A stretch of 63,640 bases of DNA, counting the filler, from Folioceros fuciformis (taxonomy: Eukaryota): assembly GCA_049999805.1 (NCBI GenBank). It is 4 parts of 4 records of this genome, joined end to end, with 100 filler letters (N's around TTAATTAATTAA, not from the genome) between each part and the next. Parts side by side here need not be neighbours in the genome. Positions count along the whole stretch, not along the records: positions 46,810 to 62,032 come from JBNGIO010005372.1; positions 62,133 to 63,640 come from JBNGIO010005418.1; 2 more parts are not named here. One strand, written 5' to 3'. The translations under genes and the position numbers were made by a program. The notes beneath the pieces were generated by a model. It was not told where the DNA came from, did no database searches, and saw only the letters and a program-made list of their open reading frames with translations. Below are positions 53,815 to 63,640 of the stretch, piece after piece. How positions within the stretch are numbered: the first letter of the stretch is position 1; the number at the start of each line of letters is the position of its first letter.

Positions 53815-56076
53815 ATGGAGTGCTTACTGAGTGGCAATGAGATCAAGTGCCTGCACCGGAGTGTTGCTTGCCTAACTCGGATTGGCCACGAGCTTTTGTT
53901 TGAGGCCTTCCCTGAAAAGGTTGGTGGCGTTGCTTTGCTGGTGGGTTCTGGTTCTGTCGTACGCAGTGGGGCCCTAATCGTGGTACTGCCTGTAGCTCAG
54001 GCTTGAAACGATCAACACTGCAAAGTCTGCTTCCCTCACTGTGTCGTTCAGGGCTCAGTTTTTCGACTTTTATCAGGTGTCCGGCCCGGTTGCGAAATGT
54101 CGAGTTTTGTTGAAGGTGAGGATTTTGCGGTTCCTCCTGTTCCTTGGAGGATACTCTGGAGGACAGTAGCTGATTTGGGCTGCTTGTCAGTCCGTGTGTT
54201 CCGTGTTTCGAACGCCTCCAGGCAGTATGGGGAGGCTGTCCATCAGCCTCCCGGAGCTTGATGCAAACAAGTTACAGTGGACTGTGGAGTGTTACAATGG
54301 TAAGGGTCCTCGACCAGCCTTGCTTTGCTCGAACATGTCTCGTTCTGTGGAGGTGAAGAGAATGAACAAGCTTGATTGGAATTATTGCAGGGTTGCGGAA
54401 AACCTATTGGATATCGTGTCAAGAGGACACTACCAACCAGCATGTGGCTGTTGATCGCAACAGCCTTCCTAGCTACTTGGTGGTGAGACCGAAGGATCTC
54501 AACCGGTTGCTGGGAAATTTTCAATCCTCGCTTCAGGAGCTGACATTGATTGCGACGGAGCCCTCTGACACGCCCTCGGAATCTGGCGCTGTAGCAGAGA
54601 CGAAGGCGATTGAACTTAGGAGCTACACAGACCTTGTTAAAGGTGAAAATGCACTTGGGACTAGTGTGCGAATAGAGAGCTCAAGTCTGTTTGCTGACTT
54701 GCCATTTCGGGGGGGTGCAGAGTCGACAGACGGTGGGGCATTGCATACGCAACTTTGGATAGACCCCGCGGAGGAGCTTCAGACATATTCTCACTTGGGA
54801 GCGGCAGTAGATGTCACTTTCAGTCTGAAGGAACTGAAGGTATGTCACAGTGGACCTTTCGATGTGTTTCATAGCCATTGGGTAGCCATGGTCATGGTAG
54901 AGACGGGGGCTCTTCAAATTTGGAATCCTATTCCTCATCATAAGGTGTGCGTGTCACCGCAGGCTTTTCTGGCATTTTGTGAAGGATCTGAGGCCGATCT
55001 GCAACTCAACTTCGAGAAGGCCGGCAGGTACTCATTGTGGCCTCACACAGCTTGTACTCGTTATCATCAGCAGCAGATGCAGTGACTTCAATCGCTGATT
55101 TTTTTGTTACCTCTTTGTAGACCTATTTTACTGTCACCGAAGTTGGGGATGGATACTGCTCATGTGGATTTCGATGCCTCGCTAGTCTTGGCGACCATGC
55201 TTTCTTCTCAACTTCGCCCAGAAGCTAGCCAAGATCAAATTGGAGGGAATGCAGCGGGTGATTTGCGGATAGCACTACAGGGAAATGGACAAAGGAACAC
55301 AGCATCGAACAACATTAGTCACAGGGATGCTTCATCTACACCAGGCTCTGGAGAGAGAAGTGACCATACTGCTGTCTGGTCAGAGCTATCCGGTAGGAAA
55401 AACTTATCGTCTGCTATGGTCACTTGCGCTCGCAGCTAACACATTCTGACCTCCACCAGTTTGAATCGGGTTGCAGGAAGTGGTGCTCGAACCAGCACGG
55501 CTGGTCTCCGACAGCATCGAAGGAGCCATCCCCAAATGGCAGCTGACGGTGATGCTACCGAAGACGGACACAGAACCTTCAATTCCCATCCAGATTCCGC
55601 AAGAGCCTGTGAACCGTATCCTGCTGCTGGTGCTGCTTCTGCGCTTGTACATGCGTAGGTTCCACTGTTGGGATGATTCGTAACGAACGGTTTTCAGATT
55701 TTGTCTTTGTACTCTCCTTAGCGTCTACAACGCACAGCCAACATTCCTCCCAAGGTGATCGTCCACAGCAGCAGGAGGACGCAATCCCTGCTGCAGCTGA
55801 ATATCCCGTCTCAGGTGAGCCTGCTTCGAACTGTGTCGTTCAAAACTCACAGTTGCAGACTTTGGACAGGATAATTTCCTTGAACAACGCCCTGCCTATG
55901 CTCTGAATCTTCTGTGTCGTCTTAATACTTTTGGCTCAGCTGGACGACGGCAACATGACGCCCCAGAACAGCACATGGACTTTGCGAACGAACAGATTGG
56001 GGACCAGGGTGCCGAGGACGAAGACGAATTCTGCGTACGGTCGACTCCACCGGATAAGAGACATGAATATGAATAA
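53815..56076 (+). CDS. RAD9: Checkpoint clamp (9-1-1) subunit RAD9, multi-exon
   Basis: LSGNEIKCLHRSVACLTRIGHEL, LLGNFQSSLQELTLIAT, LHTQLWIDPAEE, VTFSLKELK|AFLAFCEG, FDASLVLATML, C-terminal EDEFCVRSTPP. Confidence 0.92.
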
Positions 56077-56906
56077 CCCGATGTTGAGGCTTCAGTTCCA
56101 CTAGGTTCTTTATTCTGCCACTATTCGGCTCCTGTCGGGGAGCCCCGGGGAAAGTTTCTGCAGATCTTATGCTTTGTCCTCTTCTCGAGAATAGAGGAGC
56201 AGCATGAAAGTACAAATAGCCTGATGAGAGAGGGGCTTGACCGGTGAGAAATGAGGTTGGTTGCAGGACAAGGCTTGAAAATGAGAGAAGGGAGGGGGGA
56301 AGATAAGCACCGCAGGTTATGAGAATCGGAGGGTTCAAGATAGAGCATACAGCACGACTATAGCGGACTTTAAAGCTGAAACATAAAATCAAATTAAGGA
56401 CATCTTGAAAGGCTGCTCACATCTATGCCCTAAACTACTTGGGTAAACGGACTGTCGATGTAGATGCCGTGCGTTCAATATATCCCATGCGCTCGTCTCG
56501 GTGCGGAACCGTCTTCCGCCTTGATCCGCTCCAAGACAGCGGTCACTCGGAGCAAGCCGTCTTCGCTGTTGCCGAGGTGATGCCTGTCGGTGTCTGTCGG
56601 ACGAAGATCCATCCAACACACTAAGCCGTCCAAGCCATTTTATGCAAACAAGAATTGCGGAATTCGAGCAGGACAACTTACCCAAACGGGCGTACGATGA
56701 TGTGATCGCCTTCCAGCAATTGGGACTCAGAGATGGCGGCATCGGCAGGCATGTTGCTCCCAATTCAGAGCAACACCGAATCCTGTTTCCTTTTTCATGC
56801 GTACAGATTCCGCAATCCCCTCCAGTTGCGTAGGACCTGGCTCCGGAATGGACCTCAATTTCATGGATGTTTTGCTACATGTATATGCCTTTCATCCATC
56901 GCAGTA

Positions 56907-59900
56907 TCAGATAACAGTCTGCAACACATGAGGCAAATAACCTTGTTTCCTCAACTGCGGAAGAAGATGTTCCAGCTTTGCATAGATGCCGTCGCTGTCG
57001 AGATGCTTTGAATCCCCAACCACAAAGCTATGCACTAGCCCGTCCATCCCTGTCCACCAGCTCTGCCCCGGCTGCTTCCATGCCCCAACTGCTTTTCTTC
57101 TGGTCTGCATCTCCTCTGCCTGCTCCCACATCTGGGCACCGGTGAATATGTTCGACATCAGGACATACGGTGCAGAATCTTTGTCATCCAGTTTCACTGC
57201 TTCCTCAAAAGCACGGCGTCCCACCTCAACGTTGCTCCATTTTAAGCAACCTGCCAAGAGAGTGCGCCAGACTGCACTATTAGGCTGTACGGGCATGCTC
57301 CTCATTAGTGCTAGTGCCTCTTCAAGTTGCCCCGCACGACCCAAGAGATCTACGATGCATGAGTAGTGCTCCGCAGTCGGATTCATCCCATCCTGTCCTC
57401 TCATAGCCTCAAAGTACTCCTGCCCCTGGGTTACTAGACCTGCATGACTGCATACTGTGAGTATACTCAGGAATGTGATTCCGTCAGGCAGCATGCCCTC
57501 CTCTCGCATTCTTCCGACCAGGTCGAAAACCATTTCGCTGTTTCCTTGACGGGTGTATCCTGCGATCAGTGCATTCCAAGCAACAATGTCTTTTTTGGGC
57601 AATGCGTTGAACACATCCTGTGCTTCAACCATGCTACCAGACTTAGCATACATGTTTATCAAACTGATGGCCACAAAGATGTCGGCTTGAAGTCCTTGCT
57701 CTTCAATCTCAGAATGAAGCTGCCGTCCAGGGACCAATGCTGCTACATTTGCACACGCCTGCAGGAGGCACACAAATGTCACAGAATCGGGTGTGGCGGC
57801 CCCTTCGTTCCTCATGGCACTGTATAGACGGAGGGCTTCCTGTGCCTTGGCCTCCTGGGAATATCCTGTTATCATGGCGTTCCAAGTCACCACATCTTTT
57901 TTACCAAGTCCGTCAAACACCTTTTGGGCATCCTCCAGGCTGCCACACTTCGTGTACATGTTTACCAGACTGTTGGCTACAGAAACATCAGCTTGAAGGC
58001 CTTGTTCTTCAATTTCAGCATGTACCTGCTTCCCCCTATCCAAAGCCGCTGTACCCAGACTTGCACATGCCTGCAGGACGCACACAAATGTGACAGAATC
58101 AGGTGTAGTACCGCCTTCTTCTCTCAAAGCACTGTAAATGCAAAGGGCTTCGCGACCCCTGCCCTGCTGGGAATATCCTGCTATCATGGCATTCCATGTC
58201 ACTCCATCCTTTTGACGAAGGCCGTCAAATATGCTCTGGGCATACTCTACGCTGCCACACTTCGCATACATGTTCACCAAACTGTTAGCTACGACCACAT
58301 CAGCTTGAAGCCCTTTTCCTTCGATCTCAGCATGCAGCTGCTTCCCCTGCTCCAAACCTCGGGTACCCACACTGGCACATGCCTGCAGGAGGCAAGCAAA
58401 TGTCACAGAATCTGGTGGAACCACACCTTCCTCTCTCATAACACTGTAGAGATGAAGTGCTTCCTGGGCCATGCCTTTCTGGGAATACCCTGCTATCAGA
58501 GCAGTCCATGTCACCACATCTTTCTGAACGAGTCCATCAAATACGCCCTGGGCATCCTCTAGGCTGCCACACTTTGCATACATATTGATCAAGCTGTTCA
58601 CTACAAATACATCAGCTTGAAGCCCCCGGCGTGCAATCTGTGCATGAAGCTGCTTCCCCCTCTCCAAAGCTGTTGTACCCACTGAAGCACATGCCTGCAG
58701 AAGGCACACAAAGGTGACAGAATCAGGAGCTGCGACACATTCATCTTGCATAGCACTGTAAAGAGACAGCGCTTCCTGGCTCATGCCCTGCTGGGAATAT
58801 CCTCTTATCATAGCAGTCCAAGTCACAACATCTTTTCGAGGAAGGCGGTCAAACACGTTTTGAGCGTCTTTCAGGCTGCCACATTTCGCATACATATCAA
58901 CCAAGCCACTACAAACAAACAAATCTGGCTCGACACCGCTGTCCAATAAATCTGCATGCACCTTCTGCCCATTTTTCAAGTCTGCTTCCCTTGCACAAGC
59001 CTGTAGAGCTGCTACAAACACATGGCCATCAGGTTTGACACTTGACCTGCTCATCTCACAATACAACTCTAAGGCCTGCCTCGCTTGTCCATGTTTCGCA
59101 TGCGCAGAAATTATGGAAGACCACAAGAAGGCATCTGGCTTGGCAACGCCGGAGAACACAGCCATCGCTTCTGGCAACCTGCCATGACAAGCATACATTC
59201 GCAGGATGTGGTTGCACAAAAACGTGTCCCCCTCAAATCCCTTTTTCACCGTCAAGGCATGGATTCGACGACCCAGAATGAGATCCTTGTGAACCACGCA
59301 CTGTTTAAGGACAGCCCAAAAAAGAGACCTGGAAACACGATGACCTCTCTGCACCAAACCTCCCAGAGCTTCAACAGCCTCACTGACCTGCCCCTGCTGA
59401 GATAGTTTGCTCACGATCTCAGCCGTTAAGGTTACTAGGTATCTTGCAGGGACTGCAGCGTTCGGCAAGCCTGCAACCGGAAGACCTCTAGGACAGGCAG
59501 GGTTCACTGCAAGGCTGTAAGATCGTTCTCGCAGAGCAGCTGTTCCCCCACTCTGTCTTCGTAGGACAAAGAAAAGGTGCTGCCAGAGAAAGCTGTCTTG
59601 CCCTCTGTGAGAATGAAGCCACGCGGCCATAATTCTCAGAAACATTCGCTGAACCCATGGAGTTGAGCCTGAGTGCGAAAACCCGCTCCAGGAGAGAGGA
59701 GAGCTAATTTCGCAAGTGATATCTAGTGTCTTGTGCCATCTATGCCAGAAGGATGATACGAGCTCTATAGAGTTTTCGTCGGCGTCAAGTACGACCACGT
59801 TGAAGCTTCTCCTGCTTGGAGTTTCCGATATCCTTTCTTCTAGTAGGATTGCAGAGCTGTGCAGATCTTGCTCTTCCCACCCCCATGCCGAACACGCTGC

Positions 59901-59999
59901 GTGTATGTCACCCACGAACTTGCGCTGTATGTTTCCTTCTCGATCATGCTGCCCTGCTCCGTCCTTCATCCTAGGTGAACTCACAGGTTCATCACACAA
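56907..59999 (-). CDS. PLS-class PPR protein, E/E+ end (WW-type PG box), no DYW; true start may be downstream
   Basis: Intronless 1030-aa ORF paralogous to 29623-32700, ending KQPGQSWW..HSFVVGDSKH..QGYLPHVLQTVI*. Confidence 0.93.
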   Translation of the reverse strand: MCDEPVSSPRMKDGAGQHDREGNIQRKFVGDIHAACSAWGWEEQDLHSSAILLEERISETPSRRSFNVVVLDADENSIELVSSFWHRWHKTLDITCEISSPLSWSGFSHSGSTPWVQRMFLRIMAAWLHSHRGQDSFLWQHLFFVLRRQSGGTAALRERSYSLAVNPACPRGLPVAGLPNAAVPARYLVTLTAEIVSKLSQQGQVSEAVEALGGLVQRGHRVSRSLFWAVLKQCVVHKDLILGRRIHALTVKKGFEGDTFLCNHILRMYACHGRLPEAMAVFSGVAKPDAFLWSSIISAHAKHGQARQALELYCEMSRSSVKPDGHVFVAALQACAREADLKNGQKVHADLLDSGVEPDLFVCSGLVDMYAKCGSLKDAQNVFDRLPRKDVVTWTAMIRGYSQQGMSQEALSLYSAMQDECVAAPDSVTFVCLLQACASVGTTALERGKQLHAQIARRGLQADVFVVNSLINMYAKCGSLEDAQGVFDGLVQKDVVTWTALIAGYSQKGMAQEALHLYSVMREEGVVPPDSVTFACLLQACASVGTRGLEQGKQLHAEIEGKGLQADVVVANSLVNMYAKCGSVEYAQSIFDGLRQKDGVTWNAMIAGYSQQGRGREALCIYSALREEGGTTPDSVTFVCVLQACASLGTAALDRGKQVHAEIEEQGLQADVSVANSLVNMYTKCGSLEDAQKVFDGLGKKDVVTWNAMITGYSQEAKAQEALRLYSAMRNEGAATPDSVTFVCLLQACANVAALVPGRQLHSEIEEQGLQADIFVAISLINMYAKSGSMVEAQDVFNALPKKDIVAWNALIAGYTRQGNSEMVFDLVGRMREEGMLPDGITFLSILTVCSHAGLVTQGQEYFEAMRGQDGMNPTAEHYSCIVDLLGRAGQLEEALALMRSMPVQPNSAVWRTLLAGCLKWSNVEVGRRAFEEAVKLDDKDSAPYVLMSNIFTGAQMWEQAEEMQTRRKAVGAWKQPGQSWWTGMDGLVHSFVVGDSKHLDSDGIYAKLEHLLPQLRKQGYLPHVLQTVI

Positions 60000-60607
60000 G
60001 CAAAAGGCAGAATCCCCTTAATCGGCATTGTAACCGAGGATGTGACCTACACCAAACTGTTAAGCAGACTGAGAATGCATGTAAAAGCCGTAGCCAAGCG
60101 CCCACACTCGGAATTCGCCAATGCCACGAGAAATGCCAACACACTTGCATAGGCCATTTCATGCACAACGAAGGAATTCAATGTCGAGTATCGTTTGCCT
60201 GACGGGGTTGCTTGAGGGAGCGTAGGGTTCAATGTAGCAACGAGGCTTGTGAGAGACGGCACAAAAGTGAACTCTCCAGAACCACAAGGATCATTGAAGA
60301 GTCTCTATTTCGCAGTCCAACAACAAATGTCTGACCGCAGATGCACCTAAAGGTCGAGACACAATCCACACCAGGGTCCAGGACAATGCACCATCTGCCA
60401 GCCTGGCGAGGCCAAATCCCAAGGGACAAACGACCGGAGACAAAAAACGGTCAAGTTTCTCAGCAAGCTCATAAGCGTCCAGCAAATTGCTCAGACTGCG
60501 TGAAGGACAAATCCAACGACCGACCTGCACAGCTGTCTGCTATCATCCCTCATCGAGCCAGACACAACCTACGTCAACACAGCCAACCAGGAAGGGCTCC
60601 ACGCCGA

Positions 60608-60874
60608 TCACGTGCTCCGGCTCCGGAAAGACGTTGGCAACCTCGGCCCGCTTCCATTGTAAATGATCTCACAATCTCTGAGCGCCGATCCCAACCCCAG
60701 ACCCGCGCCAAAAGCCACAGAGGCCCATCTGGTTGAAGGACTCCTGAAGAGCAACAAAGCGCCGAACGTCCCTGCCACGGTTGAATACACAACGCGGCGC
60801 AGTGTGAGATCGATGCAAGCATCCCACTTGTCCTCCAAGACCAACTCCGATGGCCTCTCGTTCACACGTTCCAT
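60608..60874 (-). CDS. MIC10: MICOS complex subunit Mic10
   Basis: EDKWDACIDLTLRRVVYS..LLLFRSPSTRWASVAFGAGLGLGSA (GxGxGxG motif). Confidence 0.9.
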   Translation of the reverse strand: MERVNERPSELVLEDKWDACIDLTLRRVVYSTVAGTFGALLLFRSPSTRWASVAFGAGLGLGSALRDCEIIYNGSGPRLPTSFRSRST

Positions 60875-61739
60875 CCCTTCACGCTCCGCTTCCTGAAAGC
60901 ACGAATACTTCACACATGACCAGCTGCAGGGACAAACGCAAACGCAGCGAGCTAGCTTTGCAAGCGCAATGAGGCCTCCTTCCAACCTCACCCGTACCAC
61001 ACTCTCCGCTCGCCCTTTCACGACAAAACCGTCCCGCAAAAGCACAGCACCTGCAACTCCGCTCGTCGCTTGGTTAGGGCTTCCGAAGCCGAGTTCTACG
61101 AAGAGCCATCATGGATACCTCGATACCATTACAAAATCTCTCGACACGCGACACACAGTGCCGGTAGGTACCGCCTTTGCGGACTCTCAGGTCACCGCCA
61201 AGCATGTTCAGCACGTAGTACCTCGTTTATGCTGTATACAATACACCTTCACAAATGAAGCCTTCTTTGACAAAACTCTAAAGTGCACGACAGGGAGAAG
61301 TGCATCGAAGGGAGGAAGAGCCCAAAGCTCAGCTTAGCTTCTTCAATCCTTGAAGATAGTACTAGAGGTTGCTTCAAGCGGTGGAATCTTTGCATCAATG
61401 GCTATGTCACAAGCACAAGAGAAAGCAGGAAGGAAGGTAATCTCAAGTCCAAAGTGCCGGGAGATTGACTTAGGAAAGCTTCGGATAAACCCAAGCAGAG
61501 TGGCCCAGATGGACATCGGACATGGTGTGACCTACTTTGCTGACAGGCAGGTAGTACAGTATGTACATGTAGTGTACTTTGGTAGAAGCATGATCCTTTG
61601 TGGAGTCCGGGTTGGTGCGGGCCTTTTCCCAGCACCGCGTTTTTTTGAATGCAGGAAACGCAACTGAGGCGAATGCGGCCGGCTTTTTCGAAAGGACAAC
61701 GTTGCTTGCGACAGGGGAAATGGATATACAGTACGTATG

Positions 61740-61800
61740 GACGGGTGGATGGATGGATGTATGTAGATCACATTACATGACATGACGTGACATGACATAG
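61740..61800. repeat. Microsatellites (GGAT)n and (CATGA)n
   Basis: Directly visible. Confidence 0.7.
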
Positions 61801-62032
61801 AGTGAAGGATCCGACAATACGCGTGTCGTGAGAGGGGAAAGTCGCTAAAGCGCGTGAAGGAAATGGGGGAGGAAACGAAGCAAAAACTGGAATGGCTTCC
61901 GAGGGTGGGGAAACGGAAATCGTTGGGTGGCCATGTGGCTGGCCTTCAAATCCAAAGCTGGCAGGAACCATCCCTTCTCCTTCCAGCCTATTTCACGCCC
62001 CGCGCACTTGGCGACAGGGCGAGGATATGTGC

Positions 62033-62132
62033 NNNNNNNNNNNNNNNNNNNNNNNNNNNNNNNNNNNNNNNNNNNNTTAATTAATTAANNNNNNNNNNNN
62101 NNNNNNNNNNNNNNNNNNNNNNNNNNNNNNNN
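62033..62132. other. Artificial scaffold linker
   Basis: TTAATTAATTAA at 62077-62088 within Ns. Confidence 0.95.
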
Positions 62133-63640
62133 TAAATAGGCTCTTAATGGAGAGATAATATATAACAAAACATCTTTAGGAGAATATACTTTGTTTTTTT
62201 TATGCTTGAATAATGTACATACATTACTCATAGTAATTAAACTGCATTATTATTTTTGATATGGTATCAGAGCACGTCAAAATTAGATAATGCAAAATCT
62301 GGGCAGTTATGTAAACTTCTATTATGATAATTATAGGAAGATCAATAATGATCTTCATCAAGGTCGAAAGATGGCCACAAAATTATCTAGTCAAAAGCAT
62401 ATACATGACTGCCCTATACGAAGACAACACTTATCTTCTGATTTTAATCTAGATTTCTATGAATATCTAGAGAAAGAAAAATGTCTTGGTAAGAAGACAN
62501 NNNNNNNNNACTTGAACACAGCCGATATACTAACAAAAGGGCTGCCCAAGCAAAAACACTGTCAACATATGGAAGGGTTAGGCCTGGCAGATTTTTCTGT
62601 CTACTCAAGCCATATTTAACTACTTGTTCTTCCTATCTGGTGTTTTCAAACTTCACTATCCTGTAAATTTGTCCAAGTACACCAGGCGGAGGAAACAGTG
62701 TTACTTCTACTGATATATGCTGACAACAGAAAGTTTACAGTGGATTTCTTCAACAACTGGATGTGATATCCTCCCCCCTGTTTGTAGATCTGTTGTTCTC
62801 CTACTTGTTCTGTGACAGAGGGAGCACGATACAGATTTTAGGAGGATGATGTGCACAGTATCCAGAGAAACCTGTATAATAAGAGCAAAGTCGAAGCAAC
62901 AGATGGATGAAGCTTCAACGAAAGATCTAATCACCTGTTGTTCGATGCCTATTGGTGCCTCCTCCTCTATCACGCAAGATTGCACATGGCTGTTTACCTC
63001 CCCTTCCTCGTCGAATGAGCTCTGAAGAATCTCCGTGCTGTTCCCGAGAGTCATGCTTCCTTGGGAGTCGAGCTTTCCATTTGTTTTGATGAAGCGCCAC
63101 GACATATCCTTCACTCCTGCCCATCTCACCTGTAGGTTCCTCAAAGTTTGCACTGCTGCGTTCCTAGGAACAGATGGAGATGTTGCCAGTATCACTGGAG
63201 ACGAAGGTGCAAGGGGCTGAATAGGAGCCAGAGTTGTCTCTATCAATTGGGGCCCTCGCTCCTTGCTGAAGTGGCGTTTTTTGTTGCCCGTCGACATTTC
63301 TCGCGAAGTTTGCTGGAACGCGATCTCACTGATGTCTGTCTCAGGCACAGCAAGTGCGCTTAAGAGCTGTTCAAGACACTCCAGAGCTTGATCTCGTGGT
63401 GAACGTGAAGAAGACTGGAGTTGGACGAAGTTTGATGGCATAATGTGCGACACGTGTGGTTTACTCTTGTGTGCGACTCGTGAGGGCTAAGAGGGAGTGT
63501 TAGGGTTTTGTTACCTTAAGTAGTTATAGCCCCTTTCACTCGTTATTTATCCTATGGACTGCTTTTTATCAACCATAGATGCCTTTTCATTTCTAGGGTT
63601 TCTAGGGATATATAAATAGGCTCTTAATGGAGAGATAATA
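62133..63640 (+). mobile_element. Short Copia-derived element with both LTRs (each partial)
   Basis: 62133-62160 is identical to 63613-63640. PBS TGGTATCAGAGC at 62262, RNase H tail NTADILTKGLP, PPT GAGGGCTAAGAGGGAG, then TGTTAG at 63498. Confidence 0.88.
62707..63453 (-). CDS. Antisense ORF of unknown function inside the LTR element
   Basis: Uninterrupted ~248-codon ORF between the RNase H tail and the PPT; no domain recognised. Confidence 0.4.
   Translation of the reverse strand: MSHIMPSNFVQLQSSSRSPRDQALECLEQLLSALAVPETDISEIAFQQTSREMSTGNKKRHFSKERGPQLIETTLAPIQPLAPSSPVILATSPSVPRNAAVQTLRNLQVRWAGVKDMSWRFIKTNGKLDSQGSMTLGNSTEILQSSFDEEGEVNSHVQSCVIEEEAPIGIEQQVIRSFVEASSICCFDFALIIQVSLDTVHIILLKSVSCSLCHRTSRRTTDLQTGGRISHPVVEEIHCKLSVVSIYQ

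Noticed and set aside
57444-59405. Antisense ORFs over the PPR genes
   Set aside because: Shadow ORFs of repetitive coding sequence

Overview
Eukaryotic nuclear DNA from a non-seed land plant. A hornwort is the best guess, inferred from the compact genes with ~80-110 bp introns, the intronless PLS-class PPR genes with a 'PGxSWW' box, and plant rDNA with TTTAGGG repeats. The window joins four unrelated scaffolds through artificial N-TTAATTAATTAA-N linkers (about 27218-27317, 46710-46809 and 62033-62132), so adjacency across linkers means nothing. Scaffold 1 (1-27217) is a nest of decayed Copia and Gypsy LTR retrotransposons. It includes a Gypsy integrase ending in a PHD finger, a solo LTR with a TSD, and a GC-rich string of captured host-gene fragments (calnexin, F-box/kelch, PPR, xylulose kinase) downstream of a Gypsy pol. 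Scaffold 2 holds a PLS-E+ PPR gene, a fasciclin-like gene and an unknown gene. It then enters a rearranged rDNA border: 26S fragment, Copia, 18S fragment, (TTTAGGG)3, near-complete 26S. Scaffold 3 is gene-dense: a PHT4 transporter, a divergent CSLA, RAD9, a second PLS-E+ PPR gene and MIC10. Scaffold 4 is a short Copia-derived element carrying an antisense ORF. All identifications come from recalled motifs; no database search was run.
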